64,000 nucleotides of DNA from an uncultured Gammaproteobacteria bacterium. GTDB lineage: Bacteria; Pseudomonadota; Gammaproteobacteria; CAWCPV01. Numbering within the stretch: the stretch's first letter is position 1; every line of letters starts with the position of its first letter. The stretch spans positions 288,001-352,000 of the forward strand of contig CAWCPV010000007.1 in the NCBI GenBank assembly GCA_963797555.1, written 5' to 3'. The position numbers were made by a program, and so were the translations under genes. Shown piece after piece: positions 42,722 through 52,786 of this stretch. Below the pieces are notes generated by a model, which was not told where the DNA came from, searched no databases, and was given only the letters and a program-made list of their open reading frames with translations.

Positions 42722-44777
42722 CTACCTCGAATCGCCGTTGCCATCCAAGGCGGCGCTCAGAAAGGCGCGGACCTTCTCCGGATTATGCCATCGCAGCCGA
42801 AGCTTCGGATCGTCCGCCGCGCAAGTGACGGACATTCCCTGCGCCAGCAGGAGATGCCGATGGCCACCCGCCGAGGCGTCGTAGTACCCCTCCGCTGTCT
42901 GCACCACCCATTCGCCATCGGAGAACGCCACCATGCAGGCCAACTCGTCCCCAGTCGCGATTCGCCATAATCGAGTAGTGCAATCGCCACCCCCAGACAG
43001 GGCAAAGCGGCCGTTGGGGGAGAAGGCGACCGAGCTGACCGAGAGCGTATGTCCCACGAAGCTCCGCAGCTCCTGCCCGCTGGCCACTTCCCACAGCTTG
43101 GGGGTCTTGTCGCTGCCTCCCGAGAGTGCGTAACGTCCATCGGGCGAGAAGGCGACCGAATCGACCCACTTGGCGTGTCCCGCGAAGGTACGGAGTTCCA
43201 GCCCGCTTGACACATCCCAGAGCTTTAGGGTTTTGTCCGAACTCCCGGAGAGTGCGTAACGCCCGTCGGGTGAGAAGGCAACCGCACTGACCCCCTCGGC
43301 ATGTCCCGCGAAGGTAAGGAGTTCCAGCCCACTGGCCACTTCCCACAGCTTGAGGGTCTTGTCGCTGCCTCCCGAGAGTGCGTGACGTCCATCCGGCGAG
43401 AAGGCGACTGAGTTGACGTAGGAGGTATGTCCCGAGAAAGTACGGAGTTCCAGCCCACTGGCCACTTCCCACAGCTTGAGGGTCTTGTCGCTGCCTCCCG
43501 AGAGTGCGTGACGTCCATCGGGCGAGAAGGCGACCGAATTGACCGAGCTGGTATGTCCCACGAAGCTCCGCAGCTTCTGCCCGCTGGCCACATCCCAGAG
43601 CTTTAGAGTGTTGTCCCAACTCCCGGAGAGTGCATAACGTCCATCGGGCGAGAAGGCGACCGAGTTGACGTAGGAGGTATGTCCCGCGAAGGTCCGCATC
43701 TCTCGCCCGTTGGCAAGGTCCCATAATCTGAGCATTTCGTCCTCACCCGCGGAGAGCGCATAACGGCCATCTGGCGAGAAGGTAATTAGGCGCTGCCAGC
43801 CCCATGCGCCGGAGAAAGTGCGTAGCTCGCGACCACTCCCCGTATCCCACAGCTTGAGGGTTTCGTCCTCGCTTCCAGACAGGGCAAAGCGGCCGTCGGG
43901 GGAGAAGACGACCGCACCGACCCCATCGGCATGTCCTGCAAAGGTACGGAGTTCCAGCCCGCTTGCCACATCCCACAGCTTGACGGTTCTGTCGTTGCCG
44001 CCAGACAGCGCAAAGCGGCCGTCGGGCGAGAAGGCGACCGATTTGACCGACTCGTATGTCCCACGAAGCTCCGCAGCTCCTGCCCGCTGGCCACTTCCCA
44101 GAGCTTGAGGGTCTTGTCGCCGCCTCCCGAGAGTGCATAACGTCCATCGGGCGAGAAGGCAACCCCACCGACCCACTCGGCGTGTCCCACAAAGGTACGG
44201 AGTTCCAGCCCGCTTGACACATCCCAGAGCTTGACGGTTTTGTCCGAACTCCCGGAGAGTGCGTAACGTCCGTCGGGCGAGAAGGCGACGGACCAGACCC
44301 CATCCGTATGACCACTGAATGTCCGTAGCTCCTGCCCACTGGCCCCTTCCCACAGGTTCACGATTCCGTGGGAGTTTCCGGACAGCGCAAAGCGGCCGTC
44401 GGGGGAGAAGGCGACCGCCTTCACGTAGCCGTGATGACACTGAGCGACCGTGAGGTGGGGTAAAGCTTCGTCTCTCCCGCTGAGCGTCCGCCGCAATACC
44501 TCTACCGCCCAACGGGCCGCCTCGTCGCTTAACCCAAAGTCGTCGCTCAGGCTTTTCGCGAGCTGGTCTACGAGTAGGGTGAGCGGCAAGCCGGTTGGCA
44601 TCCCGGCCAACCGGCGGGGATGCCGGCCTGCACCGCAACGCTGAGGACATTCGCCTCCCGGCGATACTGCGGGATAACGTCCCGCAACAGATTGGCGAAC
44701 CGGCGTGGGTCCAGAAAAAGCTGTTCGCCTTCGCGTTCATAGAGCGCCGCTAACTGTTCGAGCGCAAACGGGTCCAT
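42722..44777 (-). CDS. WD40 repeat protein (12 repeats) with N-terminal helical domain; apparent frameshifts
   Basis: 126-bp repeats encoding GH...V.SVAFSPDGR.ALSG..DKTLKLW; C-terminal GEWVVQTAEGYYDAS. Confidence 0.9.
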
Positions 44778-44935
44778 AGGTCATCTCGCCGTGCAACCAG
44801 CCAAATATACGCGCTCGGCAAGGGAAGCCTGCAGGAAGCCTGGGGTCAGTTCTCGCATCCTCGCATTCGGGGTGCGGACCATCTGCCACCCTATGCCATG
44901 GTAGGATGGATGCCACTTATGGCGGGAAGGATACC

Positions 44936-45202
44936 ATGACCACCCTACACGACTTTCGTGTCCCGTTACCCGAAGATGTCTACCGGCAGCTCCGCGAAGA
45001 AGCAGAGCGACTGCGTCAGCCTGCGACGCAGATTGCGCGGCATGCCATCCAAAGCTGGCTTCAAGATCAGCACAGAGACCTCTTGCACGAGGCGATTCGT
45101 GCGTATGCGGAGGAGCAGGGGGGCAGCCAAGCCGACATTGATGCGGATCTGGAGGCTGTTGCGGCAGAACACCTGGCAGACCTCGGAAAGGATGGTTCTT
45201 GA
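44936..45202 (+). CDS. RHH-type antitoxin
   Basis: FRVPLPEDVYRQLREEAERL; overlaps the toxin start. Confidence 0.75.
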   Translation: MTTLHDFRVPLPEDVYRQLREEAERLRQPATQIARHAIQSWLQDQHRDLLHEAIRAYAEEQGGSQADIDADLEAVAAEHLADLGKDGS

Positions 45203-45546
45203 AGCGTGGAGAGGTGTATTGGGCGGATCTGTGCCGCGCTCCGGTTCAGAGCAAGCAGGGCGGCGCCCCGTGATCGTGCTCTCTCACGAGGCCTTCAACC
45301 AAACGCCCTCTTGGCGCTCGGTGATCGTCGTTTCCCTTTCGACATAGGCGACCCAGGCTCGCCGCGGTCCGACAGCGATACTGTTGCCGGCCGGGTACCG
45401 GTGGGTTGAAGAAGGCAGGAGTTACACTTTGCCATCGAGTCACTACCCTGGATCGGTCGAAGCTGGCTCAACGCATTGGCACGATCCCCCCGGCTGCGCT
45501 GCAGCAGATCGAAGAAGGTTTGAAAACGGCGCTCGGGATGCGCTGA
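45199..45546 (+). pseudogene. PemK/MazF toxin with frameshifts and an internal TAG
   Basis: KRGEVYWADL, PRSGSEQAGRRPVIVLS. Confidence 0.8.
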
Positions 45547-45589
45547 ACAACGTCCAGAATCGCGCCCCTACGGTCTTGTTCGCAGCCTC

Positions 45590-46481
45590 TCAGTCCCGGT
45601 AACGCCTCAGCAGGTCCTGGTGGGCGTCAATGCGGCGGTCGCGCAGGAAGGGCCACATGCGCCGGACGCGTTCGCTGCGCCCCAGGTCGACCTCGGCCGC
45701 GAGGACCACGGGCGCGTCGGCCGGGGCCTGGGCAAGGATCTCCCCCTGGGGTCCCGCCACGAAGCTGCTGCCCCAAAACTCGATGCCCTGGCGTTGCCCG
45801 GAAGGGTCGGGCTCGCGTCCGGTGCGGTTGCATGCGACGAGGGGCAGGCCGTTGGCGACGGCGTGGGCGCGCTGCACGGTGACCCACGCGTCGCGGTGGC
45901 GCCGGCGCTCGGCGTCGTCGTCCCCCGGGTCCCAGCCGATGGCGCTGGGATACAGCAGCAGGTCGGCACCGGCGAGCGCCATGAGGCGGGCTGCCTCGGG
46001 GAACCACTGGTCCCAGCAGACGAGTACTCCCGAGACGTCCGACTGAAGTCTGAACCGGGTGAAAGCCGAGGTCCCCAGGAGCGAAATAGAATTTCTCGTG
46101 ATAGCCGGGGTCATCGGGAATATGCATTTTGCGGTAGCAGCCGGCGAGGCTCCCGTCCCGCTCCAACACGGCTGCCGTATTGTGGTGCAGGCCCGGCGCC
46201 CGGCGCTCGAACAGCGAGGCGACCACCACGACTTCCGGATCTGCCGCGAGCTTACCGAGCGCCTCCGAAGTGGGGCCGGGCACCGGCTCTGCCAGGTCGA
46301 AGCAGCCAGGGTCTTCCGTTTGGCAGAAATAGAGGCTGCTGTGTAGCTCCTGAAGCAGCACCAAGCGCGCACCGAGGCCGACGGCGGCGCGAATTCCGTC
46401 CAGCGAGGCGGCGAGATTGCGAGCTCGGTCCTCTTCGCAGGAGTGCTGGACGCAAGCGACGACCAAACGGTTTTCGTTCAC
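45590..46481 (-). CDS. aguB: N-carbamoylputrescine amidase, duplicate copy; apparent frameshift
   Basis: LLQELH, YRKMHIPDDPGYHEKFYF, VCWDQWFPEAAR. Confidence 0.88.
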
Positions 46482-46524
46482 CCTGTTTCTCCGTTACCGT
46501 CCATTCGCGTCCTGGAGACCGCTC

Positions 46525-46635
46525 TTACGGGAGCACGCCCTCGGCCAACTGCATGGTGACGCAGTGCAGGCTGCCGTGCTGCCGGGTCAGCGCACGGCAG
46601 TCGATGGGCACGATCTCCCGGTCCGGGAAACAACG
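46525..46635 (-). pseudogene. Duplicated 3' end of agmatine deiminase
   Basis: FPDREIVPIDCRALTRQHGSLHCVTMQL, near-identical to 49136-49245. Confidence 0.85.
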
Positions 46636-46805
46636 GCCGTGACCGACGTGCTCGTTGCTGATGGTTACGGTTACCTGGTATGACGAAAGCGCTGCTCGCG
46701 CTACTGAAGGTTTCGGTGGGGCGCGCTGATCCTCGCGATCGGCAGCTTTACATGAGCGACTACGAAGGTTACTGTGTAGATATAATTCTACACGTAGGGA
46801 AACCT

Positions 46806-47060
46806 ATGGCGCTCAACATTAGGAATCCCGAGGCGGAACGCCTCGCGGACGCGGTCGCAAAGCTCGCCGGCGAAACCAAGACCGAGGCGGTCACACGTGC
46901 GCTGCGCGACCGACTCGCCAAGCTTCGACGCGAACGGGCTGGGCGCCGGCTCGCCGACGACCTCGACGAAATTGCGCGTCACTGTGCCCGGCTGCCGGTC
47001 AAGGATTTGCGCCCGGCCGATGAGATCCTCGGATATGACGAGCACGGACTGCCCCGCTGA
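46806..47060 (+). CDS. vapB: VapB-family antitoxin
   Basis: MALNIRNPEAERLA...GETKTEAV...LGYDEHGLP. Confidence 0.9.
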   Translation: MALNIRNPEAERLADAVAKLAGETKTEAVTRALRDRLAKLRRERAGRRLADDLDEIARHCARLPVKDLRPADEILGYDEHGLPR

Positions 47061-47464
47061 TGGTCCTCGACACTTCCGCGCTGCTCGCGATCCTGCAGGA
47101 CGAGCCCGAGCGGCGCCGGTTCAATGAGGCGATCGAGATGGCCGACTCGCGGCGCATGTCGGCGGCTACGTTCGTCGAGGCTTCGATCGTGGTCGAGTCA
47201 CGGTTCGGCGCCGAGGGCCTCCAGGCTCTGGACCGCTTCATCGAACGGGCCGATATCGAGGTAATGCCGGTGGACTTCGAGCAGGCAAGGGCGGCGCGTG
47301 AGGCGTTCATGCGGTTCGGCAAGGGCCGCCACGCCGCCGGCCTCAATTTCGGCGACTGCTTTTCCTACGCACTGTCCCGTATACTCGCCGAGCCGCTGCT
47401 TTTCAAGGGGAACGACTTCGATCGCACCGACGTGATGCCCTTTGATCCGGGCCCGAACCCTTGA
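47060..47464 (+). CDS. vapC: VapC PIN toxin
   Basis: MVLDTSALLAIL, LNFGDCFSYAL, LFKGNDF..TD. Confidence 0.93.
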   Translation: MVLDTSALLAILQDEPERRRFNEAIEMADSRRMSAATFVEASIVVESRFGAEGLQALDRFIERADIEVMPVDFEQARAAREAFMRFGKGRHAAGLNFGDCFSYALSRILAEPLLFKGNDFDRTDVMPFDPGPNP

Positions 47465-47583
47465 TCCGACGCACCGTATCGGAGTCATCACGGCCCGAAC
47501 ACCGCTCGCCGTCCGCCCTTGGCGCGGGTCGTGTGCGGGTAAACACTGGCTACTGCCTGGCGCGGCCCTCCACGGACTTCTCG

Positions 47584-47880
47584 ATGTTCCGATCGCTTCT
47601 CCGCGAGCCGCTCGTCCACTTCCTGGTGCTCGGCGCGGCGCTCTTTGCCCTCGACGCATAGGCTCGCCCGCTACAGACACCGCCGGGGGCCGAGGAATCG
47701 TCCTCTCGGCGAGGCGCGCATCAGGAACCCCGCGTAGAACTTCCGCAGGACGTGGCAGCAGCCGCCCACGGGGGCCGACTCGACGGCCTGATTCAGGACT
47801 ACGTCCGCGAGGAGGTGCTCTATCGCGAGTGCCCTCACGCTCGGCCTCGACCGCGACGACACGGTCATCCGTCGCTCATC
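47584..47880 (+). pseudogene. 5' relic of a PpiC-type PPIase-associated protein
   Basis: LLREPLVHFLVLGAALF and LIQDYVREEVLYRE..LGLDRDDTVIRR, with stops. Confidence 0.55.
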
Positions 47881-48127
47881 CGCTCGACCAATAGCGACTC
47901 CCGCGCCGCTTGGCCAGATTCACCGTGAAAAACCACGTGGCTCCGGACACCCACGCACAGCGGTATTCGGTCACCGATCACCTTCTCTGGTCCGGCGCTT
48001 TTCGCGAGCGAAGCGGTTCTCTTCGCTCACCGCATCCGGTGCCGGCTATGCGGACTTGCCCCCTCTGTCTCATCCGGGAACGGCGCGGTGCGCACAGCAG
48101 CGCCTCCACGGTCTTGTTCACCGCCTC

Positions 48128-49019
48128 TCAGTCCCGGTAACGCCGCAACAGTTCCTGGTAGGCGTCGATGCGGCGGTCGCGCAGGAACGGCCATATCCGA
48201 CGCACACGCTCGCTGCGCGCCAGATCGACCTCGGCGGTCAACACCGAAGGGGCGTCGGCGGGAGCCTCGGCAAGGATCTCCCCCTGGGGTCCGGCCACGA
48301 AGCTGCTGCCCCAGAACTCGATGCCCTGGGCTCGCCCGGAAGGGTCGGGCTCGCGTCCGGTGCGGTTGCATGCGACGAGGGGCAGGCCGTTGGCGACGGC
48401 GTGGGCGCGCTGCACGGTGACCCACGCGTCGCGCTGGCGTTGGCGCTCGGCGTCATCGTCCCCAGGGTCCCAGCCGATGGCGGTGGGATACAGCAGCAGG
48501 TCGGCACCGGCCAAGGCCATGAGGCGGGCTGCCTCGGGGAACCACTGGTCCCAGCAGACCAGGACTCCTAAGCGTCCGACCGAGGTCGGGATCGGCTGGA
48601 AGCCGAGGTCCCCGGGCGCGAAATAGAATTTTTCGTGATAGCCGGGGTCGTCGGGAATGTGCATCTTGCGGTAGCAGCCGGCGAGGCTCCCGTCTCGCTC
48701 CAGCACGGCTGCCGTATTGTGGTGTAGGCCCGGCGCCCGGCGCTCGAACAGCGAGGCGACCACCACGACATTCAGAATCTGCCGCGAGCTGCCCGAGCGC
48801 CTCCGTCGTGGGGCCGGGCACCGACTCTGCCAGGTCGAAGCAGCCAGGATCTTCCGTCTGGCAGAAATAGAGGCTGTTGTGCAGTTCCTGAAGCAGCACC
48901 AAGCGCGCCCCGAGGCCGGCGGCGGCACGGATTCCGTCCAGCGAGGCGGCGAGATTGCGGGCCCGGCCCTCTTCGCAGGAGTGCTGGACGCAAGCGACGA
49001 CCAAACGGTTTTCGTCCAC
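48128..49019 (-). CDS. aguB: N-carbamoylputrescine amidase; apparent frameshift
   Basis: Nitrilase E-K-C motifs; directly downstream of aguA. Confidence 0.92.
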
Positions 49020-49135
49020 CCTGTTCCTCCGTTACCGACGGCCCGAACCGCGCCTCGTTGTGCGGATCGCGGCCCTCTCCGGATTCGGTATCGCGCCCGA
49101 ATTCAGGCGTCCATTCGCGTCCCGGAGACCCGCTC

Positions 49136-50200
49136 TTACGGGAGCACGCCCTCGGGCAACTGCATGGTGACGCAGTGCAGGCTGCCGTGCTGCCGGATCA
49201 GCGCACGGCAGTCGATGGGCACGATCTCCCGGTCCGGGAAACAACGACCGAGCCGGTCCAGCGCCACCCGGTCGGCGGCATCTCGGTACACCGGAACCAG
49301 AACCGCCCCATCGATGATCAGAAAGTTGGCGTAGGTGGCGGGCAGGCGCACCCCCGCCTCGTCGTGCTGGGCAGCGGGGATGGGCAGCGGGACGAGCCGG
49401 TAGGGCTCGCCTTCCGGGGTGCGCAGCCCGGCCAGCTCCCGCCCCATGGCCCGCAGCTCGGCGTAATTTGGGTCGCGGCGCTCCAGGCACGTCGTGTAGG
49501 CCAGCGTGGAAGGATCGCAGAACCGCGCCAGCAGGTCCACGTGGCTGTCCGTGTCGTCCCCCAGCAGAGTCCCGTGCGCGAGCCAAAGGATGCGTCGGGC
49601 GCCCAGCAGCTCTGCGAGCCGATCGGCGAGGGCCTCGCGGGAAAGCGCCGGGTTGCGCGTCGGTGCGAGCAGGCAGCGCTCGGTCGTGAGCAGCGTGCCT
49701 GCGCCATCCGTGTCGATGCTGCCTCCTTCCAGCACCAGGTCGACGGAGCGCACGGGAGCGGAGCCGAAGGCGCCAGCGGCGTGCAGGCGTCGGGTGACCT
49801 GATTGTCCAGATCCGCCGGAAATTTTACGCCCCAGCCGTTGAAGATGAAGTCGAGGATCTGGGGAGAACCGTCCCGGAGCACGGTGATCGGCCCGTGATC
49901 GCGCGCCCAGGAGTCGTTGGAGGGAGCGACGTGGCACGTCACCTGGCCGAGGTCCGCCCCTTCCTTCCTCAGCCTTGCTGCCACGTGGTCGCGGTGAGCC
50001 TCGTCCCTGCAGGCCACAAGCAGCCGCTCGTGCCGCGTGACCGCGAGCGCAATCGCCGCGAATACGGCCTCTGCCTCGTCCAGCCAACGCCCCCAGTCGC
50101 CGTCCGCGTGCGGCCAGGTCAGCAGCACGCCGCTCTGGCGGACCCACTCGGCGGGCAGGAGAACCGGCCGTGACTCGAGGTCGCTGCGGCGTTCCGGCAG
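49136..50200 (-). CDS. aguA: Agmatine deiminase (start codon uncertain)
   Basis: LPAEW, WARDHGP, LEGGSI, DDTDSHVD, GSLHCVTMQ. Confidence 0.93.
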   Translation of the reverse strand: MPERRSDLESRPVLLPAEWVRQSGVLLTWPHADGDWGRWLDEAEAVFAAIALAVTRHERLLVACRDEAHRDHVAARLRKEGADLGQVTCHVAPSNDSWARDHGPITVLRDGSPQILDFIFNGWGVKFPADLDNQVTRRLHAAGAFGSAPVRSVDLVLEGGSIDTDGAGTLLTTERCLLAPTRNPALSREALADRLAELLGARRILWLAHGTLLGDDTDSHVDLLARFCDPSTLAYTTCLERRDPNYAELRAMGRELAGLRTPEGEPYRLVPLPIPAAQHDEAGVRLPATYANFLIIDGAVLVPVYRDAADRVALDRLGRCFPDREIVPIDCRALIRQHGSLHCVTMQLPEGVLP

Positions 50201-50267
50201 GGCTCGATCCCGACCGGCCTCTGCCGCTGCGGCGGCGCCTTGTGATTTGTGGTCTAATGACCGGCTT

Positions 50268-51515
50268 ATGTTCCGACCCCTCGCCTTGTACGTCGGCCTT
50301 CGCTATACGCGGGCGAAGCGCCGCAACCATTTTATCTCGTTCATCTCGTTGACCTCCATGCTGGGCATCACCCTCGGCGTGACGGCCTTGATCACGGTGC
50401 TTTCGGTGATGAACGGCTTCGAGAAAGAGCTGCGGGAACGCATCCTGAGCATGGCAGCCCACGTCGCGGTGACCGGTTTGACGGGAAGGCTGCGGGACTG
50501 GCAGGGTGTAGCCCAGGTGGCGAGGGGGCAGCCCCATGTGCTGGGCGCGGCGCCATACATCGAGGGCGAGGCGATGCTGACTCACCGCCAGGCGGTCAGC
50601 GGCGCCGTGATCCGCGGCATCCTCCCGCAGGAGGAGCCGGCCGTGTCGCAGGTGGGGAGCAAGCTGGTAGCGGGAGCCCTGGGCGACCTGAGTGCGGGGA
50701 GCTTCGGCATCATCCTCGGCAAGGAGCTGGCGTGGACGCTCGGGGCACAGGTCGGAGATCAGATCACGCTGGTGGCGCCCGAGGCGACCGTGACCCCCGC
50801 CGGCGTGTTGCCGCGGCTGAAGCGTTTCCACGTGGTCGGGATCTTCGAGATTGGCATGTACGAGTACGACAAGGGGCTCGCGCTCGTGAACATGGAAGAC
50901 GCCGCACGCATGTTTCGTATGGACGGGGAGGTGACGGGGGTGCGGCTCAAGCTGGACGACATGTTCCTCGCGCCCGGAGCGGCCCGCCAGCTCGCCTTGG
51001 AGCTGCCCGCCTCCGACTTGGTGCGGGACTGGACCCAGCTTCACGCCAACTTCTTTCGGGCGGTCGGCACGGAGAAGACGGTGATGTTCATCATCCTCAT
51101 GCTGATCATCGCAGTCGCGGCCTTCAACATCGTTTCGACGCTGGTGATGATGGTCACCGACAAGGAGGGCGACATCGCTATCCTGCGCACTTTGGGTGTG
51201 ACGCCGCTCGGGATCATGCGCATCTTCGTGGTTCAGGGCAGCCTCCTAGGGGTGTTCGGGACGGTTCTCGGTGTGATTGGGGGCGTTCTGCTCGCGCTCA
51301 ACGTGGAGTCCCTGGTCCCCTTCATCGAGCACTTGTTCGGGATCCATTTCCTCTCGCCCGACGTGTACTACATCAGCGAGCTGCCCTCCGACCTGCACTG
51401 GCATGACGTGTCGCGCATCGCCGCAGTGTCGTTCGTGCTCAGCATTCTGGCAACCGTGTACCCCGCTTGGCGCGCCGCCCGCGTGCAGCCGGCCGAAGCG
51501 CTGCGCTATGAGTGA
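50268..51515 (+). CDS. lolE: Lipoprotein-releasing ABC permease LolC/E
   Basis: [43 protein letters not shown]. Confidence 0.93.
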   Translation: MFRPLALYVGLRYTRAKRRNHFISFISLTSMLGITLGVTALITVLSVMNGFEKELRERILSMAAHVAVTGLTGRLRDWQGVAQVARGQPHVLGAAPYIEGEAMLTHRQAVSGAVIRGILPQEEPAVSQVGSKLVAGALGDLSAGSFGIILGKELAWTLGAQVGDQITLVAPEATVTPAGVLPRLKRFHVVGIFEIGMYEYDKGLALVNMEDAARMFRMDGEVTGVRLKLDDMFLAPGAARQLALELPASDLVRDWTQLHANFFRAVGTEKTVMFIILMLIIAVAAFNIVSTLVMMVTDKEGDIAILRTLGVTPLGIMRIFVVQGSLLGVFGTVLGVIGGVLLALNVESLVPFIEHLFGIHFLSPDVYYISELPSDLHWHDVSRIAAVSFVLSILATVYPAWRAARVQPAEALRYE

Positions 51516-52188
51516 CGCTCCGGTCCTGGAAGGCCGAGGTCTCGCCAAGACCTTCTCCGAGGGAGGATTGGTCGTCGAGGTGCTCAGGGACGTGAGCCTG
51601 AGGGTCGGCGCGGGCGAGAGCGTAGCGGTCGTCGGTGCCTCCGGGTCCGGCAAGAGCACCTTGCTGCACCTCCTGGGGGGGTTGGACGTGCCCAGCGCCG
51701 GCGAGGTCCTGGTCATGGGGCAGCAGTTTCTGGAGCTCAGCCAGGCGCGCCGGGGACGTCTGCGCAACCGCGCGCTCGGTTTCGTGTACCAGTTTCATCA
51801 CCTGTTGCCGGAGTTCTCTGCCCTGGAGAACGTGGCGATGCCGCTGCTCATCCGAGGCGCCACACCGTCCGAGGCGCAAGCCTCCGCGCGCGACATCCTG
51901 GAGCGAGTGGGGCTCGGGGAAAGGCTGCGTCACAAGCCCGGAGAGCTGTCCGGCGGTGAGCGGCAGCGAGCCGCCGTGGCCCGCGCCTTAGTGGCGCGGC
52001 CGCGCTGCGTGCTCGCCGACGAGCCCACCGGAAATCTGGACCCGAAGACGGCGGAGAGGGTATTCGGGCTGATGCTCGAGCTCAACTTGGAGCTGCAGAC
52101 CAGCTTGGTGGTCGTGACCCATGATCCGCGCCTGGCGTCTCGGCTGCACAGGGTTCTGACACTGGAGGATGGGACGCTGACGGGTTAG
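51508..52188 (+). CDS. lolD: Lipoprotein-releasing ABC ATPase
   Basis: [30 protein letters not shown]. Confidence 0.95.
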   Translation: MSDAPVLEGRGLAKTFSEGGLVVEVLRDVSLRVGAGESVAVVGASGSGKSTLLHLLGGLDVPSAGEVLVMGQQFLELSQARRGRLRNRALGFVYQFHHLLPEFSALENVAMPLLIRGATPSEAQASARDILERVGLGERLRHKPGELSGGERQRAAVARALVARPRCVLADEPTGNLDPKTAERVFGLMLELNLELQTSLVVVTHDPRLASRLHRVLTLEDGTLTG

Positions 52189-52199
52189 CGAGGGAGGCG

Positions 52200-52733
52200 T
52201 TACGGCACGCTCCGCAGGTTGCGTCGCCGGCGCTTGCGCAGCCGCCAACTGCGCAGCACCGAGATACGCCAGACGGCGCGTACCATGAGGTACCCGAGAG
52301 CCGCACTGACCGTCCCCAGGACCAGGCAGCCGAATAGAAATGGCTGCCAGATGACGGCCAGCTCGTTTCTGAGCCACGCCAGGGACATCTCGAAGTGGAA
52401 AGCGCGCGGCGGCATGTCCAGCAGACGCGCGCCCAGCTTGTAGGCGAGATAAAAGAGGGGGGGGATGGTCACCGGATTGGTGACCCAAACGAGGGCTACG
52501 GCGATGGGGAGGTTCACGCGCGCTGCGATGGCCCCTGCGCCTGCGATCGCCATGTGACCCGGTACCGGGATGAAGGCGGTAAACAGCCCGACCGCGAAGG
52601 CACCCGCCACCGAGCGGCGGTTCAGATGCCAGAGGTTCGGGTCATGCAGCAGACTGCCGAACACCCTGAGGTGCTTGTGAGCGCATATCTGCTGATGGCC
52701 AGGCAGGTAGCGCTTGATGAACTTCCGTGGCAT
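52200..52733 (-). CDS. DUF2062 membrane protein
   Basis: LWHLNRRSVAGAFAVG, WVTNPVT; conserved position between lolD and comEC. Confidence 0.88.
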   Translation of the reverse strand: MPRKFIKRYLPGHQQICAHKHLRVFGSLLHDPNLWHLNRRSVAGAFAVGLFTAFIPVPGHMAIAGAGAIAARVNLPIAVALVWVTNPVTIPPLFYLAYKLGARLLDMPPRAFHFEMSLAWLRNELAVIWQPFLFGCLVLGTVSAALGYLMVRAVWRISVLRSWRLRKRRRRNLRSVP

Positions 52734-52786
52734 GGGCAGAGGCGCTCTCGCCCGGCCATTATGCCCGATCTGGATCGGCGCGTGGC

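Noticed and set aside
38360-44440. 108-bp and 126-bp periodic repeats as CRISPR arrays or DGR template/variable repeats
   Set aside because: They are in-frame Sel1 and WD40 coding repeats with no spacers, cas genes or RT, and no evident adenine-specific variation.
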